The position numbers were made by a program, and so were the translations under genes. Of a stretch of DNA of 64,000 nucleotides, positions 25,551 through 34,477 are shown one piece after another. Source of the stretch: an uncultured delta proteobacterium (GTDB lineage Bacteria; Myxococcota_A; Polyangia; Polyangiales; Polyangiaceae). The first letter of the stretch is position 1; each line of letters starts with the position of its first letter. A model generated the notes under the pieces. The model was not told the DNA's origin and did not search any database. It saw only the letters and a program-made list of their open reading frames with translations. The stretch is from positions 3,616,001 through 3,680,000 of the forward strand of contig CAWAIF010000003.1 of assembly GCA_963782055.1 (NCBI GenBank), in the 5' to 3' direction.

Positions 25551-25553
25551 GCC

Positions 25554-26921
25554 TCACGCCGGGAGCGCGAGCACGGTGCGCGCGCACACCTCGCGGCGGA
25601 AGGCGGCGGGGTCGCTCGTGTCGATGGTGGCCAGGGCGTCAGCGGGGCACTCCCCCCGCGCCACCAGCGCCGCCAGCGCGCGCAGGTGAACGCGCTCGTC
25701 CTGACCGCCAGCGTCCTTGCGGTCGCGACGCTCCAGGCCGCCCATGGCGATGTCCACGACCCGCTCCGCCACGGCGGCGAGGGGCTCGCCGCGGAAGGGC
25801 GCGCGAAGGGCGGCCTTCCACGCGACCTGCTGCAGCGCGGACACCTCCTCGAACGTCCACGGCGCGACGAGCTGCTCCAGCTCCGCGAGCGCCCTGGCGT
25901 CGTACAGGAGGCCCGCGTAGAGCGCGGGGAGCGCGCACGCGGTGGCCATGCCCTGCATGTCGGCGCTGCGGATCTCCAGCGTGCGCTTGAGCCGCACCTC
26001 GGGGAAGAGGGTGTTCAGGTGCTGCTGCCAGTCCGCCTGCGTGGCGCGCTCCCCCTGGAAGCCGCTGGCGAGAAAGTCGCGGAAGGTCTGCCCGGTGTTG
26101 GCGAGGATGCGATCGCCGCGCTTGAGCAGGAACATGGGGGCGTCCAGCGCCCACTCGACGTAATCGGCGAAGCCGGCGTCCTCCTTCCACACGCCCGGCA
26201 CCAGGCCGGTGCGCGGGGCGTCCACGTCCAGCCAGACGCGCGCGCGCATGGAGAGGCCCTCGTGCCGCTTGCCCTCCACCCACGGGCTGTTGGCGAACAT
26301 CGCCGCGCAGAGGGGGGCGATGGCGAGGCACGCCCGCAGCTTGCGCATGGCGTCCGCCTCCCCGTGGTAGTCCAGGTTCACCTGCACGGTGGCCGTGCGC
26401 AGCATCATGTCCAGCCCGTAGGTGCCGCGGGTGGGCAGGTACTCGCGCATGATGGCGTAGCGGCCCTTGGGCACCCAGTGCAGGTCCTCGCGGCGGGCGA
26501 AGGGGTGGAAGCCCACGCCGAGCCAGCGCACGCCCATGGCCTGCGACTCCGGGGCGATCTCGCGCAGGTGCTCCTCCATCTCGGCGCGGATGGCGTGCAC
26601 GTCGTGGGAGGGGCGACCGGACAGCTCGAGCTGGCCGCCGGGCTCCAGCGTGACGCTGGCGTCCCCGCGCCGCAGGGCGATGAGCGGGCCGCCGGCCTTC
26701 TCCCGCTCCGGCTTCCAGCCGAAGCGTGTCTCCAGCGCCCCGAGGACGCGGGCGATCTCCACCTCGTACGCCACCGGCGCGCACTCTTCTCCCCGGACGC
26801 CGATCTTCTCCATCTCCGGGCCGAGGCGCTCGCCCTCGCTCGCCGCCGCCTCGTGGAAGAGGGCGAGGAGATCGTCGTGGCCTCGGATGGGCGAATCGCT
26901 CTGCTGGGAGTCGCTGGTCAA
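25554..26921 (-). CDS. gshA: Glutamate-cysteine ligase (GCS2/plant-like)
   Basis: VTLEPGGQLELSG, PKGRYAIM, MMLRTATVQVNLD, FANSP, TLFPEVRLK; start uncertain. Confidence 0.93.
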   Translation of the reverse strand: MTSDSQQSDSPIRGHDDLLALFHEAAASEGERLGPEMEKIGVRGEECAPVAYEVEIARVLGALETRFGWKPEREKAGGPLIALRRGDASVTLEPGGQLELSGRPSHDVHAIRAEMEEHLREIAPESQAMGVRWLGVGFHPFARREDLHWVPKGRYAIMREYLPTRGTYGLDMMLRTATVQVNLDYHGEADAMRKLRACLAIAPLCAAMFANSPWVEGKRHEGLSMRARVWLDVDAPRTGLVPGVWKEDAGFADYVEWALDAPMFLLKRGDRILANTGQTFRDFLASGFQGERATQADWQQHLNTLFPEVRLKRTLEIRSADMQGMATACALPALYAGLLYDARALAELEQLVAPWTFEEVSALQQVAWKAALRAPFRGEPLAAVAERVVDIAMGGLERRDRKDAGGQDERVHLRALAALVARGECPADALATIDTSDPAAFRREVCARTVLALPA

Positions 26922-27006
26922 GGTCGGGGTCGTTTGTCTACCAGCGCCGGGTGGTCCCGCACAGGGCATTCCTCCTGCCCTGCGTGCTAGCCTGCCTTGT
27001 CCTTCG

Positions 27007-27678
27007 ATGCTCCGTGAGCTCTTTCATCTCGCGCGCCACGCCCCGGCGACGCTCCGTCTCAAGTCGCGGCTCCCGCAGGTGGACCTGTACGACGAGCTCA
27101 TGCTGCGCGGCGAGGCCGCCGGCATGGCGGCGCACCGGCGCGCGCTGGTGAGCGATCTCCTCGGCGAGGTCCTGGAGATAGGGAGCGGCACCGGCCTCAT
27201 GTTCGAGCACTACCCCGCGGAGGTGAAGCTCACCGCGCTGGAGCTGGACGGGGACTTCCTGGCGCGGGCGGGCGACCGCGCCCGGAGCGCCGCAGCGGAC
27301 GTCACCCTCCTGCGGGGCGACGCGGCCTCGCTCGCCTTCCCCGAGGAGGCGTTCGACGCCGTCGTCTCCTCGCTCGTGCTGTGCAGCGTGGAGTCGCCCG
27401 CGGACGCCCTCGCCGAGATCGCGCGTGTGCTGCGCCCGGGCGCGCCGCTGCGCCTCATCGAGCACGTGGTGAGCGAGCGGCCCGTCGCGGCGGCGCTCAT
27501 GCGGGCGGCGGACCCCCTCTGGCTCCACCTGAACGGCCAGGGCTGCCGCATGGCGCGCGACACCGTGGCCACCGTGGGCGAGGCTGGCTTCGTGGTGGAG
27601 AGCGTGGAGGCCTTCCAGGTCTTCTCCCCCGGCCTCCCGGCGTTCCCCATGCGCGCGATCCGGGCGCGGCGAGGGTGA
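27007..27678 (+). CDS. Class I SAM-dependent methyltransferase
   Basis: VLEIGSGTG, FDAVVSSLVLCSV, RVLRPG, EHV. Confidence 0.9.
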   Translation: MLRELFHLARHAPATLRLKSRLPQVDLYDELMLRGEAAGMAAHRRALVSDLLGEVLEIGSGTGLMFEHYPAEVKLTALELDGDFLARAGDRARSAAADVTLLRGDAASLAFPEEAFDAVVSSLVLCSVESPADALAEIARVLRPGAPLRLIEHVVSERPVAAALMRAADPLWLHLNGQGCRMARDTVATVGEAGFVVESVEAFQVFSPGLPAFPMRAIRARRG

Positions 27679-27685
27679 GGGCGGG

Positions 27686-30514
27686 TCAGGCCTTCGCGGT
27701 GCTCGCGCGGATGGTCTTCTTCCGGTCGAAGATCCGCAGGCGCCGCACCAGCAGGTCCAGCAGGTAGACGCCGATCGCCGCCGCGACGAAGCGCGACCAC
27801 AGGTCCTGGTGGTAGGTGATCGTCTGGCCAGCGGGGTCGAAGAAGTCCTTCGGCGTGGGGTCCAGCTTGCCGCCGGTCACCTCCGCCGCGCGCGCCAGCG
27901 TCGTCGTGTCGGGCGCGAGCGCGAGGTACTCGCGCGGGTACGGGTTGGTGACGTGGCCGAAGCTCTCCGCCACCGTGGCGGTCTTGAAGCCGCCCTTGCC
28001 GTCGTCGATCGACTTCTGCAGCGCGGCGTGGAGCACGAAGGACCCGTAGTGATCCAGGGGGAAGTCCGCGGTGTAGCGGCCGGGCGCCGTCTGCGGCATG
28101 GGCACCTTGCGCACCGTCTTGGAGGGCAGCGGGCCCTTCACCTCCAGCTTGGCGTCCAGGCCGTTCTGGAACTTGTCGTCCGCGCCGATGGCGTCGATGG
28201 ACGCCTTCACGTGGCCGGTCGCCGGGTCGATCTCCGCGCGCATGTCGAACTGCTGGCGCTTCTTCTGCCGCATGTGCTCGCGCACCAGCTGCCCCCAGAA
28301 CTGGCCGTAGCCGGGCCACTTCAGCCACTCCACCGCCCAGAGGTTCTTCACGTCGCTCGTCCACGCGAGCGACCAGCCGAGGCCGACGTGCCACCGCGCC
28401 AGGATGGGCTCGCCCACCTCGCTCTCCAGGATCTCCTGCGCCGGCGCCGGCTTCATCTTGGTCGCGACGTAGCCGTGCAGGTACGGCGCCGAGCCCATGT
28501 CGATGCCCTTCAGGAAGTCCGCCGGCGCGACCACGCGCGGCTGGAAGTACTCCTCCACCGCGGCGGAGCGGCTCACCATCTCGGTCTCGCGCGTGAAGAC
28601 GCGCGGCAGCTGCGTCGGGTCGAGCACCTTGTAGAAGCGGCCGCCGCCCAGGTCGGAGACCATGCGCAGCAGGTTCTCGTCCACGCCGCCGCCGAGGCCC
28701 ACGGTGGTGACCGTGATGCCCTCCGCCACCATGGCCTGGACCAGATCGCGGATGCCTCCCTGCGGGGCCTGGCCGTCGGTCAGCAGGATGACGTGCTTCT
28801 TGCGCGCGGCGGTGACGGTGAGCGCCTGGTAGGCGGCGTCCAGCGCGCTGAAGATCTCGGTGCCGCCGCCGGGCTGGATGCGCGAGATGTCGTTCTGGAT
28901 GCGGGCGCGGTACTTGGCGCTCGTCATCTTCACCACGTGCGTGGGGCTGGTGTCGAAGGCGATGACGTCCAGCAGGTCGTCGCTCGACAGCGTGTCGGCC
29001 GTCGCCTTGGCGGCCGCCTTGGCCATCTCCAGCGGCTGACCGCTCATCGACCCGGAGCGATCGATGACCAGCACCATCGCGACGCCGGGCTCGTCCTTGC
29101 GCTTCTCCGAGTCCATGCGGACCGGCAGGATCCGCTCGATGGTGGTGTGGTACCAGCCGCCCAGCCCGTAGCCGCTCTCCCCGCCGGCGAAGAGGAAGCC
29201 GCCGCCCAGATCGCGCACGTAGCTCTCCACGGCGTCCTGCTGCGTGAGGGAGACCGCGTCCGCGGGCGCGTCGGAGAGGATGACGAAGTCGTAGCGCTCC
29301 AGCTCGCTCAGGCTGGAGGGCAGCCCCGCGGGCTCGGCCACCTGGACGTTGAACTGCTGGGCGGACAGGGCGCTGGCGAGGTAGCTCGCGTGCGAGGGCT
29401 TGCCCTCGACGTAGAGCACCGCCGGCTTGCCGATGACCGTCGCCGTCACCGCGTAGCGGTTGTTCTCGGCGAAGCGATCGTGCTGGATGTCGGTCAGCGC
29501 CAGCGAGTAGGTGACGTCGCCCGCGTAGGCCACCTTGCTCTGGAACATGACGTCGTTGTCGCCCGCCTTCAGGTCGAGCGTCCGCACGCCGCCCAGGCCG
29601 TTGATGGCCTCACCCTGCATCAGCGTCGCCTTCGCCTTCTGTGCGCGGCTGGAGAAGATGTTGGCGTGGATCTGGAACGTCTCGCCCTCGTGGATGCGGT
29701 CGGGCAGGCGCAGGTCCCGCAGCGCCACCTCGCCGGGGACCGGGCGGGTGTACGGGATGCTGAAGATCCTGACGCCGAACTCGTGGGCGCGCTCCGCCTC
29801 CGCCAGCACGTCGCCCTCGGTCTGCACGCCGTCGGTGAGGATGACGGCGCGCCGCAGGTACCCGGAGGGGTACAGGCCATAGGCGAGCTGCAGCGCGGAC
29901 GCCAGATCGGTGCCGGCGTCCAGGCCGCGCTTGGCGGGCTTCTTCCCGTCGGGGGGCGCGGCGCCGGGGTTCTCCTTCACGTCCAGCGCGTCGTGGCGCA
30001 GGAGGTCCGGCGCCTTCCGCGCGTCCTCGGCGAGCGGCACCACCCGCGGCCGCTCGGAGAAGGTGATGACCTTGACCAGATCGTCCTTGGGCTTCTCGTC
30101 CAGCGCCTTCTGGATCTGCGCCTTGGCGTCGGCGATGGCGGCGTCGGGCACCGACTCCGAGACGTCCACCACGAAGACGGTGCACACCTTCTGCGTGGTG
30201 GAGGTGCGCGCCAGCCGCGAGAGCCCGAGCGCCAGCAGCGCCACGAAGGCGAGGCGCAGGATCACCGAGATCACGCGCTGCGGCCACGGGAGGTCGGCGA
30301 GCGACCAGCCGATGACGAAGACGATGAAGGGCGGCGCGAGCACGGCGATGCCCAGCATGCGCGGGGCGAGCAGCTCGTAGTCCTTGCCGTCGTGCTTCCA
30401 CGCGAGGGTGGGTCCCGCGTACCAGACGTAACGCAGGTAGAGCCACAGCCCCACGGCGAGCACGCCGGCCACCAGCGCCCCGAAGAGCGCCCGCTTGAGC
30501 CACACGCGGCTCAT
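27686..30514 (-). CDS. Membrane protein with two VWA domains and a glutamine-amidotransferase-like domain
   Basis: DVSES and DRSGSM MIDAS motifs, ILTDG/LLTDG, GGGFLFAGG, N- and C-terminal TMs; ATG 30514. Confidence 0.88.
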   Translation of the reverse strand: MSRVWLKRALFGALVAGVLAVGLWLYLRYVWYAGPTLAWKHDGKDYELLAPRMLGIAVLAPPFIVFVIGWSLADLPWPQRVISVILRLAFVALLALGLSRLARTSTTQKVCTVFVVDVSESVPDAAIADAKAQIQKALDEKPKDDLVKVITFSERPRVVPLAEDARKAPDLLRHDALDVKENPGAAPPDGKKPAKRGLDAGTDLASALQLAYGLYPSGYLRRAVILTDGVQTEGDVLAEAERAHEFGVRIFSIPYTRPVPGEVALRDLRLPDRIHEGETFQIHANIFSSRAQKAKATLMQGEAINGLGGVRTLDLKAGDNDVMFQSKVAYAGDVTYSLALTDIQHDRFAENNRYAVTATVIGKPAVLYVEGKPSHASYLASALSAQQFNVQVAEPAGLPSSLSELERYDFVILSDAPADAVSLTQQDAVESYVRDLGGGFLFAGGESGYGLGGWYHTTIERILPVRMDSEKRKDEPGVAMVLVIDRSGSMSGQPLEMAKAAAKATADTLSSDDLLDVIAFDTSPTHVVKMTSAKYRARIQNDISRIQPGGGTEIFSALDAAYQALTVTAARKKHVILLTDGQAPQGGIRDLVQAMVAEGITVTTVGLGGGVDENLLRMVSDLGGGRFYKVLDPTQLPRVFTRETEMVSRSAAVEEYFQPRVVAPADFLKGIDMGSAPYLHGYVATKMKPAPAQEILESEVGEPILARWHVGLGWSLAWTSDVKNLWAVEWLKWPGYGQFWGQLVREHMRQKKRQQFDMRAEIDPATGHVKASIDAIGADDKFQNGLDAKLEVKGPLPSKTVRKVPMPQTAPGRYTADFPLDHYGSFVLHAALQKSIDDGKGGFKTATVAESFGHVTNPYPREYLALAPDTTTLARAAEVTGGKLDPTPKDFFDPAGQTITYHQDLWSRFVAAAIGVYLLDLLVRRLRIFDRKKTIRASTAKA

Positions 30515-32454
30515 ACGGTGATCCTCCGGTGGTAGGTGATCCACTCCAGGGCCGTCACGATCACCGCGGCCAGCAGCAGGTACAGCCACACCTCGCGGCG
30601 CACGCTCACGTGGAAGCCCTCCACCTTGCCGGCCTCGTGACCGTCCACGGTGAGCTTGTCCGCCGGGGCGATGGCGCTCTCCGAGTCGTCGAGCAGGTTG
30701 GCGGCGAAGCGGACCGTGTCCTTTGCCTTGGTGGCGTCGGCGCCGCCGGCCTTCGGCGCGGGGGCCGCGCCCGCCGGGGCGAGGTCGAGCTGGTAGAAGC
30801 CGGCGCGCTGCCCCAGGTACACCGCCCTGCCCTCGTGGATGGGCACCTCCTGCTTCACGCCGCCGGGCAGCACCAGCTCCGCCTCCTTGCCCGCCGCCCC
30901 GACCGGGATGTGCCACACGTCCCCGGTGCGGAAGCTGGAGAGGTACGAGGCGTCCTCGTCGGTGAACCAGTTGATGACGTCCAGCAGGAAGACCGGCCAC
31001 GCCACGCGCAGCGGCAGGTCGCTGTCACGCACGTCGAAGCCCATCGCCACGAACTTGAAGCCGCCGCGCGTCCCGGCGACGAGGATCGGCCCCTGCCCCT
31101 CCGACGCGCCCACGACCTTGTCGCCCGTCTCCGGCTTCAGGGTGTGCCCGCGCGAGACGTTGACGTTGTCGAGCGCGGTGAATCGCACGATGGGGTGCTT
31201 GCGGTCGATGCGATCGAACCCCGGCTGCGGCACCTCCTTCTCCACCTTCACCGGTGAGCCGGGACCGGCCGGGTCGATGTAGAAGGCGTTGGCGCGCGGC
31301 GGCTCGGCCGGCGTCGCGCCGTCGAAGATCATGACGTCGAAGTGCTCCTGCCCGGCCGCGTACTTGTTCGCGTAGACGACGGGCGTCACCTGCGTGACGT
31401 CCAGGTACTCGTCGAGCAGCAGCGCCGCCTCGAGGTAGGTGTTGCCCGGGGTGACCACGAGCACCTTCGCCCGCCGCCTCTCGGGGAGGAGCGCGTAGGC
31501 GTGATCGTCGGCGGGCAGGTCGTCCTTGCCGCCGCCGATGACCTGCAGCTTCGCCTCCAGGGTCCGGCTGGCGCCGGAGAGGTTGGGGTAGAAGCGCGGG
31601 AGCCGCTCCCCCGGCCTGAGGCGCAGGCGCGTCAGGTCGACCAGGGTCCCGTCCCCCAGCAGGGAGAGCTCGATGTCCGCCTGCTCCGGGCCGCTGTTGG
31701 TGACCTCCAGCATCACCTCGTAGCGGCTCTTGTCGAGCGGGTAGCGGCGCACCGAGAACTGCGTCACCGCGACGTTGTCCTTGCCCTTGCCGACGGGCAT
31801 GAAGGACAGCTTCACCTTGCCGACGTGGACGGGGCCGGCGGCGTCCACGGCCTCGCCGAGGTCCCCGTCGGAGACGACCACGATCTCGCCGTTGTCGACG
31901 CCGCGCAGCGTGTCGGTCGCGAAGCGCAGGGCGCGGGCGAAGTTGGCGCGCGCCTCCGTCGGCCGGACGGCGTCGACCGCGCGCTCCAGCTCGGAGGTAT
32001 CCCCGCTCATGGGGCTCATCGGGGTGACCGAGGCGTCCATCTGCGCGATGAGCGCGCGGTCCGCGCCGCCCATGCCACGGATCAGCCGCTTGACCTCGTC
32101 CTTGGCCACCGCCAGGCGGTTGGGCGAGACGTCGGTCGACTGCATCGACGCGCTGGCGTCCACCAGCACCACCAGGTTGCGCCCCTTGATGAGCGTGGCG
32201 GCGGCGCGCGGATCGCCGAGGGCGAGCACCAGCAGCGCCAGCAGCGCCAGCTGGATCAGCAGGGAGAGCAGCCGCTTGAGCTTGGAGAAGAGGCTGGTCG
32301 CCTCCTTGTCGCGCAGGATGCGCCGCCACAGCGGGGAGAAGGGGACCGCGACCACCCGGCGACGCAGCTTCAGGATGTAGAGCGCCACCATCGCCACGCC
32401 GACGACGGCGAAGATGGTGGCGAGCGTTGCGAAGGGCAGCCCGGCGAAGATCAT
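30511..32454 (-). CDS. BatA-type N-terminus plus VWA domain membrane protein
   Basis: N-terminal double TM (LYILKLRRR...), DASASM, VVSDG, C-terminal WLYLL...LEW. Confidence 0.88.
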   Translation of the reverse strand: MIFAGLPFATLATIFAVVGVAMVALYILKLRRRVVAVPFSPLWRRILRDKEATSLFSKLKRLLSLLIQLALLALLVLALGDPRAAATLIKGRNLVVLVDASASMQSTDVSPNRLAVAKDEVKRLIRGMGGADRALIAQMDASVTPMSPMSGDTSELERAVDAVRPTEARANFARALRFATDTLRGVDNGEIVVVSDGDLGEAVDAAGPVHVGKVKLSFMPVGKGKDNVAVTQFSVRRYPLDKSRYEVMLEVTNSGPEQADIELSLLGDGTLVDLTRLRLRPGERLPRFYPNLSGASRTLEAKLQVIGGGKDDLPADDHAYALLPERRRAKVLVVTPGNTYLEAALLLDEYLDVTQVTPVVYANKYAAGQEHFDVMIFDGATPAEPPRANAFYIDPAGPGSPVKVEKEVPQPGFDRIDRKHPIVRFTALDNVNVSRGHTLKPETGDKVVGASEGQGPILVAGTRGGFKFVAMGFDVRDSDLPLRVAWPVFLLDVINWFTDEDASYLSSFRTGDVWHIPVGAAGKEAELVLPGGVKQEVPIHEGRAVYLGQRAGFYQLDLAPAGAAPAPKAGGADATKAKDTVRFAANLLDDSESAIAPADKLTVDGHEAGKVEGFHVSVRREVWLYLLLAAVIVTALEWITYHRRITV

Positions 32455-33389
32455 CGGAGGAACCCGCCCCGCCGGAAGATGCGCAGGATCAGCTCGTCGA
32501 AGGGCACGCCCACGTCGGCGGTGATGTACGGCACCTGGCGGCTCGTGCAGAAGCGCTCGATCTCCGCCATGTACTCACCGTGGACCTCCGAGAAGCGGTT
32601 CAGGATGCGCTGGGTGACCGTCACCTCGCGCTCGTCTCCGGTCTCGCAGTCGTAGAGCAGCACGTCGCCGGTGAGCTTGGGGCGGGCCTCGCGCTTGTCG
32701 GTCACGTGGACGACGAAGGGGTCGAACTTGTTGTAGCGGAGCACGTTGATGCCGCGCTCGAAGCCCTTGGGGTCGTAGAGATCGCTGATGAGCACGGCGA
32801 GCCCCCGCCGCTTGTGCTGCGCGACGAAGGTCTTCATCGCGTCGCCGAGGTCGGTCTGGCCGGCGGGCTCCAGCGCGCGCAGGAAGCGAAATACCTTGAA
32901 GATGCGCGCCTTTCCGCGCGTTTCTTGCATCCTATCCATCACCTTGTCACTCGTGGACACGATGGCCACGCGATCCAGGTTCGCGAGTCCGACGTAAGCC
33001 AGCGCCGCGCAGACCTTCTTGGCGTACTTCAGCTTGTTGCCGTCGCCGAAGGCCATGGATCCGGAGGCGTCGACGATGAAGTAGATGGCGAGGTCCTCCT
33101 CCTCCTCGTAGAGGCGGAGCAGGAGGCGGCCGAACTTCTGGTAGACGTTCCAGTCCAGGTAGCGGAAGTCGTCGCCTGGCTGGTAGTCGCGGTGGTCGGC
33201 GAACTCGATGCCGCTGCCGCTCTTCTTGGTGCGGCGCTCGGCGCGCATGCGCCCGGCGAAGACCTTCCGGCTGACGAGCGCCAGGTAGTCCAGCTTGCGC
33301 TGGAACTCGTCGTCGAAGAGGTCCTCGTCGGCCTTGGCCGCGCGCACGCTGCGCGGCCCGCGGCCGCGCAGGACGTCAAGCAGCCCCAA
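32451..33389 (-). CDS. DUF58 family protein
   Basis: GSGIEFADHRDYQPGDDFRYLDWN, DASGSM, LISD. Confidence 0.93.
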   Translation of the reverse strand: MGLLDVLRGRGPRSVRAAKADEDLFDDEFQRKLDYLALVSRKVFAGRMRAERRTKKSGSGIEFADHRDYQPGDDFRYLDWNVYQKFGRLLLRLYEEEEDLAIYFIVDASGSMAFGDGNKLKYAKKVCAALAYVGLANLDRVAIVSTSDKVMDRMQETRGKARIFKVFRFLRALEPAGQTDLGDAMKTFVAQHKRRGLAVLISDLYDPKGFERGINVLRYNKFDPFVVHVTDKREARPKLTGDVLLYDCETGDEREVTVTQRILNRFSEVHGEYMAEIERFCTSRQVPYITADVGVPFDELILRIFRRGGFLR

Positions 33390-34419
33390 TGGCGGCTCCC
33401 TTTTCCTTCAGGCCGGTCTTGGCCTCGGCGACGTTCTTGAGGATGTCGTCGATGAGCTGATCGGTCTTCATGCCCTCCGCCTCGCCCTCGAAGTTGAGCA
33501 GGATGCGGTGGCGGAGCGCCGCGTGCGCCACGCCGCGCACGTCGTCCACGCTGGCGGCGAAGCGCCCCTCGAAGAGGGCGCGGATCTTGGCGGCGAGCAG
33601 GATGGCCTGGGCGCCGCGCGGCGAGGCGCCGACGCGGGCGAAGCGCTTGCAGAGGTCCGGCGCGTCGGGGCCGTCGGGGTGCGTCGCCTGGATGACGCGG
33701 ATGGCGTAGTCCTGGACGTGGCGGGCCACGGGCACGCGCCGCACCAGCTTCTGCATCGAGAGGATGGTGTCGCGGTCGAGGACCGGGTGCACCGTGGCCG
33801 ACTCGTCGCCCGTCGTCAGGTCGAGGATCTGGTGCAGCTCGTCGCGGTTGGGGAAGGGGACGTGGAGCTTGAAGAGGAAGCGATCGAGCTGGGCCTCCGG
33901 CAGCGGGTAGGTGCCCTCCATCTCCAGCGGGTTCTGCGTCGCGAGGACGATGAACGGCTCCTCCAGCACGTGGGTGGTGTTGCCCACCGAGACGCGGTGC
34001 TCCTGCATCGCCTCCAGCAGGGCGCTCTGCGTCTTGGGCGTGGCGCGGTTGACCTCGTCGGCGAGGACGATGTTGGCGAACACCGGTCCCTTGCGGAAGT
34101 AGAAGTTGCGGCCGCCGGCGCCGCCCGACTCGTCGATGACGGTGGTGCCCAGGATGTCGGCGGGCATCAGGTCCGGCGTGAACTGGATGCGCGAGAAGGA
34201 GAGGCTGAGCGCCTCCGCCAGGGTGCGCACGAGCATCGTCTTGCCGAGGCCGGGCACGCCCTCGAGCAGCGCGTGACCGCCGGCGAGCATGCACACCAGC
34301 ACGCCGTCGACGACCCGCTGGTTGCCCACGATGACCTTGCCGATCTCGTCGCGCAGCGACTGGATCCGGTCCCGGAACTGCTGCACCTCGCCCCGCACGC
34401 TCTCCGTTGCCTCGCTCAT
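33376..34419 (-). CDS. MoxR-family AAA+ ATPase
   Basis: LEGVPGLGKT, RIQFTPDLMPADI, DEVNRATPKTQSALLEAMQE, TQNPLEMEGTYPLPEAQLDRF. Confidence 0.96.
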   Translation of the reverse strand: MSEATESVRGEVQQFRDRIQSLRDEIGKVIVGNQRVVDGVLVCMLAGGHALLEGVPGLGKTMLVRTLAEALSLSFSRIQFTPDLMPADILGTTVIDESGGAGGRNFYFRKGPVFANIVLADEVNRATPKTQSALLEAMQEHRVSVGNTTHVLEEPFIVLATQNPLEMEGTYPLPEAQLDRFLFKLHVPFPNRDELHQILDLTTGDESATVHPVLDRDTILSMQKLVRRVPVARHVQDYAIRVIQATHPDGPDAPDLCKRFARVGASPRGAQAILLAAKIRALFEGRFAASVDDVRGVAHAALRHRILLNFEGEAEGMKTDQLIDDILKNVAEAKTGLKEKGAAIGAA

Positions 34420-34477
34420 GTCCTTCTTTTCCGTTTCCTGCGCCGCGCGCGGCGGCGGGTTGAGTGTGGGGTGGGGC

